Assembly: GCF_009914755.1 (NCBI RefSeq)
Contig: NC_060933.1
Length of the DNA: 64,000 nucleotides
Direction: 5' to 3' (one strand)
Origin: the human T2T-CHM13v2.0 reference genome, Homo sapiens
This document shows, in pieces, positions 42,473 to 56,627 of this stretch. The notes below the pieces were generated by a model that saw nothing but the letters and a program-made list of their open reading frames with translations, was not told the DNA's origin and ran no database searches. The translations under genes and the position numbers were made by a program. The stretch's first letter is position 1. Each line of letters starts with the position of its first letter.

Positions 42473-43072
42473 CCGTGGGAGTAGTTAAAGGCCTTTTGGG
42501 AGGAAGGCGACATTTTTTTTCTCGTTGCTCAGTTTAGGGCACTACTCTTAAAAAAGGAAAGTTAACAAACTGGAATAGAGTCAGAGATAACTTTGAGAAA
42601 ACCGATGTCATTAAACTGGTGTCTCTGGACCTGAGGTTTGCACTCACATTTCCATCTGGCGGCCCCATAAGCAATCTGTCCTACAGATAACTCGTCCTAC
42701 ACAAAACTTAGTCTCTTTTCAGCTCAGCTCTCTCACTCTCAATTATATCTCCTTACTTCCATATGGCACTGTTGTACACTCATTTACTCAGAGCCAGAAA
42801 CGTCAGCGTCATCTTGGATTTTTCTTATGCTCTTTCTCTCTCTAGTCATATGCCAGACTTTAAACTCTGCTTGAAAGCTTTCTCATAAGCTCTTTCCTTT
42901 TCCCTTTCTACTGCTTTGCATTTGCTACTTAACCCTTTTCTTCAGGCTGTTTGCTTTCCAGTCCATCGTTCGCTCTGCTGTTACTCTTCTGCGTAGTTTC
43001 TGTTACTTGTTGCTGAACTAAAAAAAACAAACAAACAAAAAAAAAAAACCGGGGGGATACCAAAGCTCTTAG

Positions 43073-43395
<323 letters not shown>

Positions 43396-44859
43396 TTCAG
43401 CCTAATCTTTCTTTGCTGTCCTATGATCCAGCACTCGTGAACCCATTACTGTTTTCTGAATTCACAAACTTTCTCCCTCATCTCAAGGCAAATTTCTACT
43501 TATTTTCCAAGACTAAGCTCAGGGGTTATTTCCTCTTGAGGCCTTCTCTGTCTGTAAGCAGCAGTAGCTACTAGTTTTCCCTTTTGCCCCCATAGCATTT
43601 TGTTCATATCATTATAAGACCAGTGATGTTTCCATATTTATCTCCTTCATTAGACTTTAACAGAGAACCTGCTCAAGTCATTTCTATCCCAGGTACCCAC
43701 CATAAGGCATGACACAATAAATAATGACTGAAGGAAGGAATCAAGCAACCAAGTTGTTTTGGGATTTTTGAAGGAACTAGTGGGGTTTTATCTAGGGAGG
43801 AAAAAATCTTGAACACATGCATGGAAACTTCTGAAGGATGTGAAGAGGGATGTGACATTTTCTGGCTGCAACAGGTAAATCTAAAACTGATGATTTGAAC
43901 TTACATGAAATATTTCACATCAGAACAAAGACATTCTAATAGAACTGGCAGAAATGTAAAATTATCCTGAATGATTTTGAGTTCCCTGTCATTGGGATGT
44001 TCATGAGGAGTGTATCAGGCTGTGGTTTAACTTATATGGGCTTTGAGTACTGTCCCCTTCCCACCCTGGGTTTTAGAGATTTTTCGTGCAGGAATGGAAA
44101 ACATGTCCTGTGGGTGCGGTTCCTTGGGAATGGTTCTGCTTAATGAGAATTGGTAATACTGTGGCAGGGAAGTTTGGCCATCCGAGAATTTGTAAAGAAA
44201 TAAAAGAAAAAGCACATATTTATCAAATGTACATATGATAATGAAATTATTTATTTAATAGTAAAAATGAAATAACTGATGCACAAGTGAAATGGAGAAC
44301 TGAAACATTTGAAGACAGACAGATGCAGTTTTTAAAGTCGTGGGTGTTGGTGTCATCTTTTAGGATTCAGTGTGATAGAGCTAGTGTAACAAGAAAGACC
44401 ATGGTTGTATGTATTGAGAGACCTGACAGTGTTTCCTTCTAGAATGGTAGTGATTAAGTATCATTTCATGAGTATAATGTAATAAGTATTGGTTGTTTAA
44501 GAATATCTTTGCTTTATAAGTCTGAGAAAACATTGGAAGTTAATGATTCATAATAGTGCTTTGGATTATGTTGTCTGTAGAGCTGCCTTCTCCATGCTTG
44601 ATGAGGTGATAGATACTACCTTGGAGGAGAAATGTTATTAAATTTAAGCTCAGGCCAGAGTTGGTGTTCTTGCTCTCCTAAATACAATATAAAAGGAACT
44701 TGCTGTGAGGAGCAATAATGCTTTATAAACTGTAAAGGTGTGAAGTGCCACATAGTGTTCTAGCAGGATTAATGGGAATCAGGGATATTAAGATGGCGGA
44801 ATAGCCACCAATGTATAGACATCAAGGTATTGAGGTCTACTACATGCCAAATGCTGTTT

Positions 44860-45290
44860 CATCTCCGAAGATGGGTCTGTGAACAAGGTAGGCAAGGTTT
44901 GTACTCATGAACCTTATATTCCAGTGTGGGAGATCAAACGCAAGGAAAATAAGACAATGTAATTTCAGGCAATAAGGGCTATGAAGATAAATAAAGCTGG
45001 GTGGGGGATAGAGAGTGGTGGGGATAGGGCAAAGGTAGGTAGTTGTTTTAGATAGGGTGTTCACAGTAGGTAATACCTGAGTAGATACCTGAAAGAAGCA
45101 AGAGAGCAAATCACACAATGGTTTGGGGACGAATAGGCCTCCTAGGCAAAAGGAGTGGGTAAGTATGAAGATTCTGAGGTCGATGAGGTTGGCTTTGAGG
45201 AGCAACAGAAGCACCATGTTAGAACCAAGTGTGTAACTGGTTAGTTTTGAAAACCATTGTGTTGAGGTATAGAAGGGAGAGACAGTTACA
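44860..45290 (-). mobile_element. L2 fragment
   Basis: gtgaacaag..ctcatgaaccttatattccagtgtggga..taagggctatgaaga.aataaagc. Confidence 0.65.
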
Positions 45291-46689
45291 CAGTGGCCAG
45301 AAAGAAAGGGTAAAATAGCCCCCAAATACAAATTTGAGAGATTCAATGTGTTTTATTAACCTTTACCTAGCTACCCCTAGGGAATGGGAAGTATTTTGAG
45401 TACACTTTAGTATTTCTAGGGGCTCTGGTTTTCAAATACTCTTCTATGTTCCATGCGCCAGCAGAAATAAGAAATCTTAAGAGAAGCCAGCCTGACTCCT
45501 CTGGGGCTCCTGTAATTCCAGGAAACTTTGAAGTCAGGAACTGGAGGTGTGATATTGTGGAAATAGTAGGAAGTGCATGCGTCCAAGTCCTGGCTCAGTC
45601 CATGACTATAATATGTTCACACTGGGTTTATCTTCTAGCTTAAAATCCTTTTCAATGAACAAGGAGGAAGATTTCAGCTGCATACCCCACAGATGGAATG
45701 ACATATATCTGTGTGTGTGAAACCTTTTCTAAGGGCATGAATCTTTCTGTAAATCCCTGTACAGTTATGTTTTGCCATTTACAATCAGTTTTCCCATAGG
45801 AATGGTCACACAATGAAGTTTTAAGTTCCCAGGCTACCACGTAGTCCATAATTAATGTGTCTGAAATATAATCCTTGTAGTACAATAGACCCAAATCATG
45901 GTTTGGCACTGATTGCTTTCAAAGTTCTGGCATGAACACAGCTCTTCCTGTTAGAACCAGGACTGCACTCTCCCACTCCGTCATGTAGCAGGGCAGGCTC
46001 CCCGTGCTGTAGACAGTGCTTCCTGCATTCAGAATGTGGAGTAAAGACCGTGGTTGGGTAAAGGAGGCATGAGGACCAGAATGGGGAGGAAAGCAAGAAG
46101 AGATGGTAGGGATAGGGTTTTCACTTCTCTTCTTTTCCGTATATGCCCTTCCCTTTTTCAAAAATCCAGAATCATCAGCCCACAGATACTGGAATGAGAT
46201 TTTGAGGGAGGGTATACTGGGATTTGATGCTGAATGGTGCAGGCAGCAATGAGATAGGCTTCCCCTCTCCTCCCCACTAGGACTTCTGAGTTGGTGATAC
46301 ATGGTCTGAAGAAAATTGCTTGTGACTTCTCACCACTTGCCCCTTACCCCCATATTGTACCACTCCAACATGGGGCACGATGAGCAGCTGGGGTTGGGGA
46401 AGTACTGCAGGGAAGGGTAGTTGCTGGGTGGGGTTCCCCGGTGACTGAGGGCTTCTCCCAAAGAGGAGAGAAAGGATTCCTTGGGCCTATTCCTTGGCAG
46501 CAGAGTCCTAAGTGCTGCTAGGCTGCTTCTGTCTGCCAGGGCTGCGTGTATTACATAGTGTATCTTACAAGCCTTGATCCCCTTGTGAGAGACACAAGGG
46601 GTGTTTTGGTTGGGTGTTCCCTGCGTTTTTTTTACATTCTACCTCTCTGTGCAAGATCTGTGATCACTATATTAAAATAGTGAAAACAC

Positions 46690-46995
<306 letters not shown>

Positions 46996-47602
46996 CAAAC
47001 TAGTGACAACACATAACAAAGTAATTTTTTATAAAGTGTATACTCTATCTTGGGCCCTGGATATAATTAAAGCTTAAAGTTTTTGTCTGTTTGCAGTAAA
47101 TATACTAATTTTAAAATACATCTTTTAAAGTAGCCATTTTAAGATCAGCTTGTATGGATTCAGGGCATTTTAAAACAGGAATTTATTATTTGGCTTCATG
47201 AAAGATGCATGTGAGGAGAAAGTGAAATGCTTTGTCCACATGACACAGCTGGATGTTTTGGGCATGCAGATGGGCTCCAGGGTCAGAGCTAGGTTCAGCC
47301 ACCTGTTGGCTGCAGGGTCTTAGATATTTTGCTTAACCTTTTCTGAGGCCAATTTGCCTCATTTATAAAATGGAAAAATCGTGACTGCTTTTCAGGGTTA
47401 TTGTATGCATTGGCATCAGGTAGGCACTTAGTTCATTGTGGTTATCATGATCAAAGGAGTAAAAGCAGGAATTTAGGTGGATTCTAGCAAAGAAAGTTTT
47501 TTTTTTTTGATTCCTTAACTGTGTAATAATGGTAGCATATGTTATAATGCTATTCTAATAATTTCCAGAAAAGGCCATTTGTAACATTTTCCTCTCTTTC
47601 AG

Positions 47603-47704
47603 GAAAAATGCCAGCTGTGGGACAAGGAGTGCAGGCCGCACAACCTCGGCAGGCACCGGGGGGATGTGGCGATTCTACACAGAAGATTCACCTGGGCTCA
47701 AAGT
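47603..47704 (+). CDS. SEC61B: SEC61B coding exon 3
   Basis: Acceptor ctctctttcag|G. Encodes [33 protein letters not shown](V). Donor GT|gtaagt; 102 nt. Confidence 0.97.
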
Positions 47705-48674
47705 GTAAGTCTTAGGAACAGTCCTTGTGTTTCTGTCCAGTGGCAGCAGAGCAGCAGTGGCAGCACTCTGTCTCTGTCACCAGTAGCGTTTGCCTTGATG
47801 CGATTTACTGTACACAACAGCCTCATTTGTGCCAGGCGGACTGGGTTTGGTTTGCCTGTTTATCAACCGATTAGGCATTGTAGGGCCGGGAATGACATCT
47901 TTTCATGGAGTGAGGGAAAGGAAAGGAAGTTCTTCATGGAGCTATGTCAAAATAAATGAGAACAGAGAGAACTGGAGGGAAAACTGCTTAATTAGATGAA
48001 ATTGCTCTTCATTTGGTGATCTTGCCCCGTACCAAGAAATAGGAGTAATCATTTGAATAGGAATTGGGTGATTTTTCAAAGTTCTCCTGAAGGCATAAGC
48101 TGATATTACTACAACCTGATGGAGGTTTTCCCATTAGGCTGTGTTACCAGGAGTTCCTTGGCCTCTTTGCCTTTGGTGGGTGGTGAGTAGACTCAGGAGG
48201 GTGAACATGTAATACCACTTTCCAAGTTCTTAGGCATTGGAGTGCTCATTAGGTGATGGGAAATGGGTGTCCAGGGACCCCTGTCCCCATGCCTTGCTCA
48301 GGGTTTCTGGTGCTGTGTGGCAGATCTTATCCCACAGATTTCTGTTAGGTTCCAGAACACCACTGCCTACAACTGTTTCCTGACTAAACTCGGTGGATGA
48401 GGATTCGAAATAATAACAGCAACTCTGATTTACATAGCACTTTGTACTTTGCAAAGAACTTTCAATGTCTGTTGTCTAGTTTGATCTGCCCAGCAATCCA
48501 GTGAGGTGAGAGATGTTACCATTTTGTAGATGAGGACCTCAGGTTCAAAGAGGCAAAGTGACATGCTCAAAGACACACAACAAGAGGTGGAACTGGATAT
48601 TCTGATTAAGTCCTATGCTCTTTGCATATTGTCCATCTAGTTAAAATAAAAAAGACAAAATTGAATTAATTTGG

Positions 48675-48841
48675 ATTAGTTTTAATTAATTTGACCAGCA
48701 CCTTGACTTTAGTTTACAAAGTCACAAATTTGTAACTTTACAAATTTGTAAAGTTTTTATTAATTTTAATTAGTTTTTATAATTTTAATTAGTTTTAATT
48801 AATTTGACCAGCACCTTGACTTTAGTTTACAAAGTCACAAA
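48675..48841. repeat. 54-bp perfect direct duplication with a palindromic AT-rich spacer
   Basis: 48675-48728 is identical to 48788-48841; 22-bp palindrome at 48734-48755. Confidence 0.9.
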
Positions 48842-49029
48842 AGGATCACAAATTTAGTTTATAAAGCCTTCCCTGGAATTCTTGTTTTCTCTTATATTGG
48901 AGACTTATATGATAATGTGAGAATATATCTAGGAAGTAATTCTTGGGGTTGGGGATATGTGAGGTGGGGGTATCCTGACTGCCAACCTTTTGGTCTTTGG
49001 TGGAGGTAGTTTGAGTATTTCAGAGAGAA

Positions 49030-49315
49030 TTTTTTTTTCTCCTTTAGCGACAGGGTTTTGCTCTGTCGCCCAGGCTGGAGTGCAATGGCATGATCATAGC
49101 TCATTGTAGTCTTGAATTCCTGGGCTCAAGTGATCTTTACTCCAGGAGACAAAATTGGATAAATTTGGATTAATTAGTCCTGAGTAGTTGGGACTACAAG
49201 TGCGCACTACCATGCCTGGCTAGTTTTTTGTACAAGCAGAATCTCACTGTGTTGCCCAGGCTGGTTTCTAACTCCTGGCCTCAGCCTCTCAAAGTGCTGG
49301 GATTATAGGCATGAG
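49030..49315 (-). mobile_element. AluJ-like element, rearranged, in SEC61B intron 3
   Basis: atcatagctca..tcctgggctcaagtgatc AluJ diagnostics; carries a foreign insert near 49147-49178. Confidence 0.85.
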
Positions 49316-49395
49316 AGGGAACCTCAGAGAGAACATCTGTAGCCCATTGCTCTTCAGGGGACTCATTTTAAACCCTTCTCAAGAAGGTTGTCTTT

Positions 49396-49633
49396 TAATT
49401 TTTAATTTTTATGGGTATACAGGTGTATATATTTATGGGTTATATGAGATGTTTTGATACAGGCATACAATGTGTAATAATCATATCAGGGTGTGTGGGG
49501 TATCCATTACCTTAAGCATTTATCCTTTGTGTTATAAACAGTCCAATTATACTGTTAGTTGTTTTACAATATACAATTAAATTATTTTTTGCTATAGTCA
49601 CGTTGGTGTGCTAGCAAATACTAGGTCTTATTC
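49396..49633 (-). mobile_element. Short L1MA 3'-end fragment with TSD
   Basis: L1MA-type 3' end; TSD agaaggttgtcttt at 49382-49395 and 49634-49647. Confidence 0.8.
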
Positions 49634-49978
49634 AGAAGGTTGTCTTTAAATAAATCTTAATTTGAAAAAAAAAGTTTGGTAATGGGTTCATTTGCACTGA
49701 AAGAGTTTTCTTCTTTTTATTTGAGAAGACAACAAATACATGAAATTAGATTAATGTCTCCAAGACATCAGATCATTTCATTTGTATATGTTTTGGTATG
49801 TTTTACTAAAAGATAAGGACTCATCCTTTTTAAACACAATTGCAGTGCCATCATCACACCTTCAAAAGTATCCACAATAATAATTTTAGAAATATTTTAA
49901 AATGATACAAATAATGTTTCTGGATGAACCTTGAGTGCTGCCCACCTTACCTCTACTTTTCCCCTAGGCAATCTTTAG

Positions 49979-50128
<150 letters not shown>

Positions 50129-50295
50129 ATTCAGTTACATCCATCTGTCATCTGAAGAAGGAGGAAAAAACCCAACATTTCTTGGACCAAAAGTATAGTG
50201 ACTATCTGTTCATGAGAGAAATTTTCTGTAAGCTTGCTGTTTTACAGGGGATTTATCAATAATTGATTTTGAGGAATCAGTTTTTTTCTATGGCT

Positions 50296-50301
50296 AATAA
50301 A
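50296..50301 (+). terminator. SEC61B polyadenylation signal
   Basis: AATAAA about 170 nt after the stop codon, with T/GT-rich sequence downstream. Confidence 0.85.
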
Positions 50302-51889
50302 CTTTTTAATTCACTTATACTGAGTCTGATCGTTGATGCCTCACTGCTAGGGCCCTTAGTCTTTCTGCCTTTAGATTTGTAAGTAAATATGTAGCAAATA
50401 TGTCTGGTGAATATTGAGTTTTTTGTTGGATTGACAGTTCCTCACATGACCATGTGGTTATTCAAGTCCAAGATTCTGTAATTGCCCTTGGCTTGTTTTC
50501 TTCTAGGTATTTCTGTCCTGGCGATTGTCCTTTTGGGTATTCTGTGGTTATCAAGGAGTGTGTCTCTGACTCCGTCAGACAGATCTGTGTCCAAAGGAAG
50601 CTAGTACTTAGGAGAACAATCAAACAAGAAACCAGAAATCTCGGATGAAATGTTGGCGCAGTCTGTTCTTTGTCTTTAATAGGGCCATAGATTATATTTT
50701 GCCTCTTCTTTCTCAGTTCTTAATTTTATGAGTGTAGACCAGGGATTTCCATTCATCTACCTCTTACTGTTAAACCCATTTTGAGATAATCCATTTGATA
50801 AATTGGATTATCTCAAAATTTGGTAAGACTTATCTAATCAGAGTGAGATACTAGCATTTCTACACTGAGTCGATATAATTCTAACCAGAAATAAAACTTA
50901 AGTTTCACTTAGCTTATGTTGCCATACTGGGTATAAATAGTCAGTTTCTGGTACGCCCTAGGAAATACTGAGAATTGCTCAAAGGTAGCTTACTCCAGCC
51001 ACAACTCCAAGCCAGAATTTCTGACAAGAGAGGGCATTCCCTGGGAAGTGTCCTAGTTGTCCAACAGAGTCACAAAATGATAAAGAGGTATATTATTAAC
51101 GGTTAAGAAAAAACAGATAATTTTAAAAACATCTTTTTCATACACTAAGCCTATTTTTGAGAAAAAGTCTGAACAGTTAAGCAGTTTCTTAAGTGTTCTT
51201 TAAAATGCTAGCTGTAAAGTACTTTTAGATTCAAAGTGTCAAATTTAAATGATGAGAATATGTATCTTTAAAAAAGATTTCCTAGGGAAATATATTGGTA
51301 AGTGAGCTCTTGTAAATTCTAACAAATGGTATTTTATTGGGAAAAAATTGATGGGAAACTGGTTTTCTTGGATCCTGTGAGTTGCTTATTACATGAAACA
51401 GGTGTCTTCATTTTTGAAATGCAGGGAAAAATGTCTCAATTTCATTTGGAAGAAATTAAAGATGATAGTACCCATAATGGATTTTTTCCCTGATACCGAG
51501 TTTGATGGTACCAATTATAGCTAAAAATTATGCCTTTAATTTGGAAAAGAAATCTGTCCCTCTGTCCAGAGGGGCCTTTTCCTCTGGGGGAGATGCTGCA
51601 GCCACATGGGGGAGCTGTTTGGTTGTGAGGGGTGCATTCTCTTTGCTGCACCCATCTGCCTAGCCATGGTCTCTAGTGGACTACTAGCTGAAAGTCACTG
51701 AATTTTCTGAGCTAGTGATTTATAAGATGCTAGTTTCGGTGGCAGAACAGGGAGATGCTTCATTCAGCAGAAGGAAGAGAAGGAAAATTGGGGGTTGGGC
51801 ATAAAGATATACAACATTATTATGTAGCTGCTTTGGGCTCTGATGGTACAATGCTCATACATAGCTGAGAATCGTGTCCAATCTGTTCC

Positions 51890-52220
51890 TTTTTTGTTTG
51901 TTTGTTTAATTGTAAAATACACATCACAGAATTTACCATCTGAACCAGTTTTAAGTATATAATTCAGTGATATTAAGTACATTCATAGTGTGCAACCATC
52001 ACCAAACTAAAACTCCATGAATTAAACAATAACTCCTTCTCCCTGCCCCAGTCCATATGGACCTCATATAAGTGGGATCACGTAGTATTTGTCTTTTTGT
52101 GACTGGCTTGTTTCACTTAGCATAATGTCCTCAAGATTGATCCAAGCTGCAGTATATGTTAGAATTTCCTTTCTAAAGACTGAACAATAATATTACGTGT
52201 CTATACTACATTTTGTGTTC
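51890..52220 (-). mobile_element. L1MB/MA 3' fragment
   Basis: gtaaaatacacat..aatttaccatc..aagtacattca..acctcatataagtgggatca..tttgtgactggcttgtttcacttagcataatg. Confidence 0.78.
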
Positions 52221-53178
52221 CTTTCTCTTTAAGGTATTCTCTTTAATAGGTATTCCTAGATTGTTGTTTCCTGAGCCCTAGGGAATAGGGATCTATAGTA
52301 AGTCTGAAAGCCTAATTAAATCTTTACCTTGGCCCAACAAATCCTCAGTCTCCCTTGAGCATGGACTATAATTCTAACCATTTCTGATGGATGCATAAGC
52401 TAGCACATGCTGAGTAGAAGCTCTAAGTAATTAAAACTGGAAAAATGAGTTACATTATAACTGCAGTTTGGGTCAAGCCTGTTAAGCCATTGGGGAAAAA
52501 ATATGTTAAGAGAAAAGGCCCAGTGAGTCCATGAAACTAGTAGGGATTAGAAAGAGTAGGGTCTGTGGGCCCTAATATTACCCTAGACATGTTCCAGTGA
52601 GACAGTGGATGAGGATAGCATCTGTGCCTGGGAGAAGCTAAATATGTTGTAGCTTCTGTTTTCACACCTGTCCTTATCAGTCTTTTTTTCCAGGTGCCAG
52701 TGTCCCCACAGAAAGAATTGAAAAGGATGTTTTGAAATCATGCAAATGTTGGCATCAAGTTAAAATAGATGAAAATGCCTACAAAGCTGGATTCATTCAA
52801 CAGAAAATACTGTCAAGCATGTGGAGCTCCTATGTGCAGGGAGCCATGCTCTTGATTCCCATAAAGCTGCCCCTTGGTAGCTCCAGAGCCATTGTCCCTC
52901 TCTTCAAATGCCGGAGGAGGGCCAGGACCAAGTTTGTTTGATTCTTTGGGTGCACCTTCTAAACTTAGCGTATCTACTTTACTCCATCTTCTGTGATCGG
53001 AAGTGTTCCTGACGTGGGTTCAACTGCTGGCCCTAAAACATAAGCAATTGTGTGATCTTGGGCAACTCACTTCTCTGGATCTCACTTTTCTTATGCATAA
53101 ATGAGTATAGGTGTGATAATTCCCAACAGATAAGAGATTTGACGAGAAAGCTGTAAGAATGCTGCGTTAACTAGCTAA

Positions 53179-53750
53179 TGTAGGGGAAGCTAAAGATCAC
53201 CTCTACCATCTTAGTTCTTCAGTGGGATCTTCAGCTGGGTCTGGAATCAAATTGATACAAGACAAATTAACAGGAGGAAAGCATGCACATTGTATTAATT
53301 TTTACATTGTACATGGGGACCCTCACAAGAGAATAAAGACCCTAGGAAATAGCCAAGGGAGAAAACTTACAGGTTTTAGACAAAGAACAATAAATTTGTG
53401 AAGAAATGACAGGGCAAAGGGATCTGAGATGGGGGCAGTAAATTCTAGGGAAGTCACCAGGAGATATATGGGGTGGAGGGTTGTAGAGATAGTGGAATAT
53501 AAGGGTTTCTTCAATAAGTTTATTTGTACAGGTTCATTGCAGCAGCAATGCTCAGGGCCTGATATTTTCTCACCTTGGTATGGGGAAGGCATCCTCCTCA
53601 AAGGATATTTTATGGTTTGCTACATGTAGGAAAGTACAGGTCAGATAACCCTTTCCACAACTACAGTTATTTAAGTGCTTACAGTTCCTTAAATAATCAA
53701 TATATCAAATCGGCATATTTTGGGGTAGATCATCCTTAACTCCTTGACTA
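53179..53750 (-). mobile_element. MER34/MER39-like ERV1 LTR
   Basis: TGTAGGGGAA..caagacaaattaacaggaggaaagca..aaataatcaatat.tcaa..ggcatattttggggt. Confidence 0.65.
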
Positions 53751-55876
53751 ACAGTTAACAAGTGCGCATTTGCAACAATTTTAGAGATACGGTTTTTTTA
53801 TTTAATAAGCAATCTAATGAGGAGTTTGCTCTTTGCCCCATTTTACACAGGAGGAAACTGAAGCTTAAGCCACTCAGCTGATAAGTGGAAGAGCTGGGAT
53901 TTCACTGCAGATCTTTGACTGACCTACTAGAGTTACGTAGATGGGAATCTTAAGTATTTGGGGTGAGGGAAGGATATCCCAACAATAGAGCTTGAAAGGT
54001 AGTGCCTTTAAAAATAACAGTCCCAAGAATATGCCCCACTATTGTTTGATGTAATTCAAGCCTTAAATAGCTTTAGTTTGAGGTTTTAGATTCTGCAGAA
54101 GGAATTGGTTTTTGTATTTCAGTCCTTCTGAGCTTTGTTCATTCTATGGAGCTCTTGCAGTTATAGAGAAAGCATAGTGTTTAGGCATCAGCAGACATTT
54201 ACTGGGCACTGTGTGCCATGCCCTTTTATTGGGGTTTTAGAAATGACCTGGCAAGGTCATTAGCTTAAATGGACTGGGCATTTGTATACTAGGATCCTAT
54301 TCCTATCTGGGGCTACAAATTAGAAATGGCTATGTGATTATGGAAAAACCAGTAGGAAGCCCTCTCAAACCCCCTTGCCATTGGTGAAATCAAATAGTCA
54401 GGACCACAGTTTAAGAACTAGTATGCTCATGGTGTATGGGCTGTGGTGCCAGGGATTGCAAAACTGGCACTGTCCCCAGGAAATCCATACTGTGTGATCG
54501 CTTGTCCAACAGAGGAAAAGCAGAGAATCCTGAGATGCCCTAGCTGGAAGGGCTGCGAGTTCACTGGGTTTTCTCCATTGTATGACAGAGGAGACAGGCC
54601 CAGAGAGGGGAAGGGACTTGCCTGAGATTGTGCAGCAGGTTTGCAGCAGAACAGAGGCCAGAACCAGTCTTTTCTGTTTCCAGATCAGGGCTTCTTCCCA
54701 GTACTGCACTATGAACCCAATTTTGAGCCTGTGCATAAGCCTGTTGACGTCTCTAGAGGGTAGGCTCTGGAAGTAGGTAAACTAAGTGGTAGGCTTTGAA
54801 TAGTGGGCATTGTTAATCAAAGGGGAAGGAGTGAAGACAGCAAGACTAGCTAGTAAAAATAAAATCAATTATGTTAGCAACTTTAGGAGAAAGTCAAGTT
54901 CATGAGACTTTATAGAGACAAAATAGGGAGAAGCAGCTAGCAGAACTGCAGTGTTTTGCATTTTTGTGACCACAAATGTTAGGTGAGCCTGGAACACAGT
55001 GAAATTGACCAAGTAGGGTTAAGGTTTGAGAAGGGCTAAACTGTTGAAATGCTATTCCTGGTCACTCTGACAACTGGGTCTCTTTCCCATGCTGAAGGCA
55101 TTAAAATAAGATAAAACATGCAAATGCACCAAATTGGAATCAAAGGTATAGTCATACAAAGTCTGGATTGCTCCATTTTAAGGAAAGGTCTAGAAGTTTA
55201 TGCCTCAGAAAGCAAATGAAGACATGAGGGGAAGAATTTGAATTACATATATAAAGATTAAATTAGTCCTGCAAACATGCATACTCATTTTTCTTCCCAT
55301 TGACTCTGGTCACACGCATCGTAGATAATGAATCACGTAGTTGCGTGCTCTATTGTCTTTCCTGTTCTACTCAATAATACAGTTGCCAGTAAGAAAACAT
55401 GCTCATTCTTCTAGGGATCTATCTAAATTGGTCTGGGTTGTAGAATATAGAGCAACTTGCTGCTTAGATGAGTGGTTCCCAAACTTTAACATGCATCAGG
55501 GGCACCTGGAAGGAATCTGCAGCTGCTACATAGCAGATTTTGAGATCACTCAACTGGGAGTCTCCACTCCCTAAAGCAGGAGCCCAAAGCAGAAATCACA
55601 ATGTGGGGCCAGGGTCACTGGGCATATACTTTATTCTAGGCCCATCACCCAAACAGGTGTGTTAAATTTGTCCCCCTTTCTCTTCTTTGAAGTTGTAACC
55701 AGGGTACTATTTGTTTTGCGTTGTCTGCACTGTGTCTGGGGAAGTACGCCTTTTCGTGTGTGTGCTAGCACCTGCTGGGATGCACAGTCACAGCTGTAGA
55801 GCTGGAAGGCCCTGAGAAACCACAGAGCCCTTCATTCTGTTCTTTTTTGCATAGCAGTGCCTCTTTTTATAGAGGA

Positions 55877-56427
55877 TGTATTAGGCTGTTCTCGCACTGC
55901 TATAAAGAAATACCTGAGACTGTGTGATATGGTTTGGGTCTGTGTCCCTGCCCAAATCTCATGTCAAATTGTAACCCCCAGTGTTGGAAGTGGGGCCTGG
56001 TGGGAGGTGATTAGATCCTGGGGGCAGATTTCCCCTTTGGTGTTCTTGTGGTAGTAAATTATTGTGAGATCTGGTTGTTTAAAAGTGTATGGCACCTCCC
56101 TGCCTCTCTCTTCCTTCTGCTCGGGCCATGTAAGAAGTACCTGCTTCCCCTTTGCCTTCTGCCATGATTCTAAGTTTCCTGAGGCCTCTCCGGCCATGCT
56201 TCCTGTACAGCCGTGGAACTGTGAGTGAATTAAACTGTTTTTTTGTTTGTTTGTTTGTTTTTTTTTTTTTTTACAAATTAGCCAGTCTCAGGTATTTCTT
56301 TATAGCATTGTGAGAAACCACCCCCATACTCTAATCACCTCTCACCAGGTTCCACCTCCAACATTGGGGATTGCATTTCAGTATGAGATTTGGGCAGGGA
56401 TACTATATAGATATCCAAGCTATATCA
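55877..56427. mobile_element. MST-type MaLR LTR (+, 55925-56317) inside oppositely oriented MST ends
   Basis: Inner copy TGATATGGTTTGG...GTATTTCTTTATAGCA. Flanks are reverse complements of the MST 3' end (55877-55922) and 5' end (56318-56427). Confidence 0.82.
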
Positions 56428-56439
56428 GAAGACATGCTG

Positions 56440-56627
56440 CCTGAGCTCAAGCAATCCTCCTGCCTCAGCCTCCTGAGTAGGTGGGGCTACAGGCATGAAC
56501 ACCATGCCTGGCTAACTTTTTTTTGTTTTTTGTAGAGGTAGGATCTCAAATTCCTGGCCTCAAGTGATCCCCCTGCCTTGGCCTCCCAAAGTTCTGGGAT
56601 TAGAGGTGTGAACCACCATGCCTGGCT
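56440..56627 (-). mobile_element. AluJ fragment
   Basis: ctcaagcaatcctcctgcctcagcc...cctcccaaagttctgggatt. Confidence 0.8.

Noticed and set aside
42648-42664. CTCF-like word (reverse complement GGCCGCCAGATGGAAA)
   Set aside because: Lacks the conserved GGC-R end of the core; cannot be supported without a PWM score or ChIP data.
47666-47959. 97-aa ORF overlapping SEC61B exon 3
   Set aside because: Out-of-frame GTG-start ORF running into intron 3, with no supporting signals.
48653-48860. Repeat-spacer-repeat pattern resembling a mini CRISPR array
   Set aside because: Eukaryotic intron, only two repeats, a spacer made from flanking sequence, and no cas genes.
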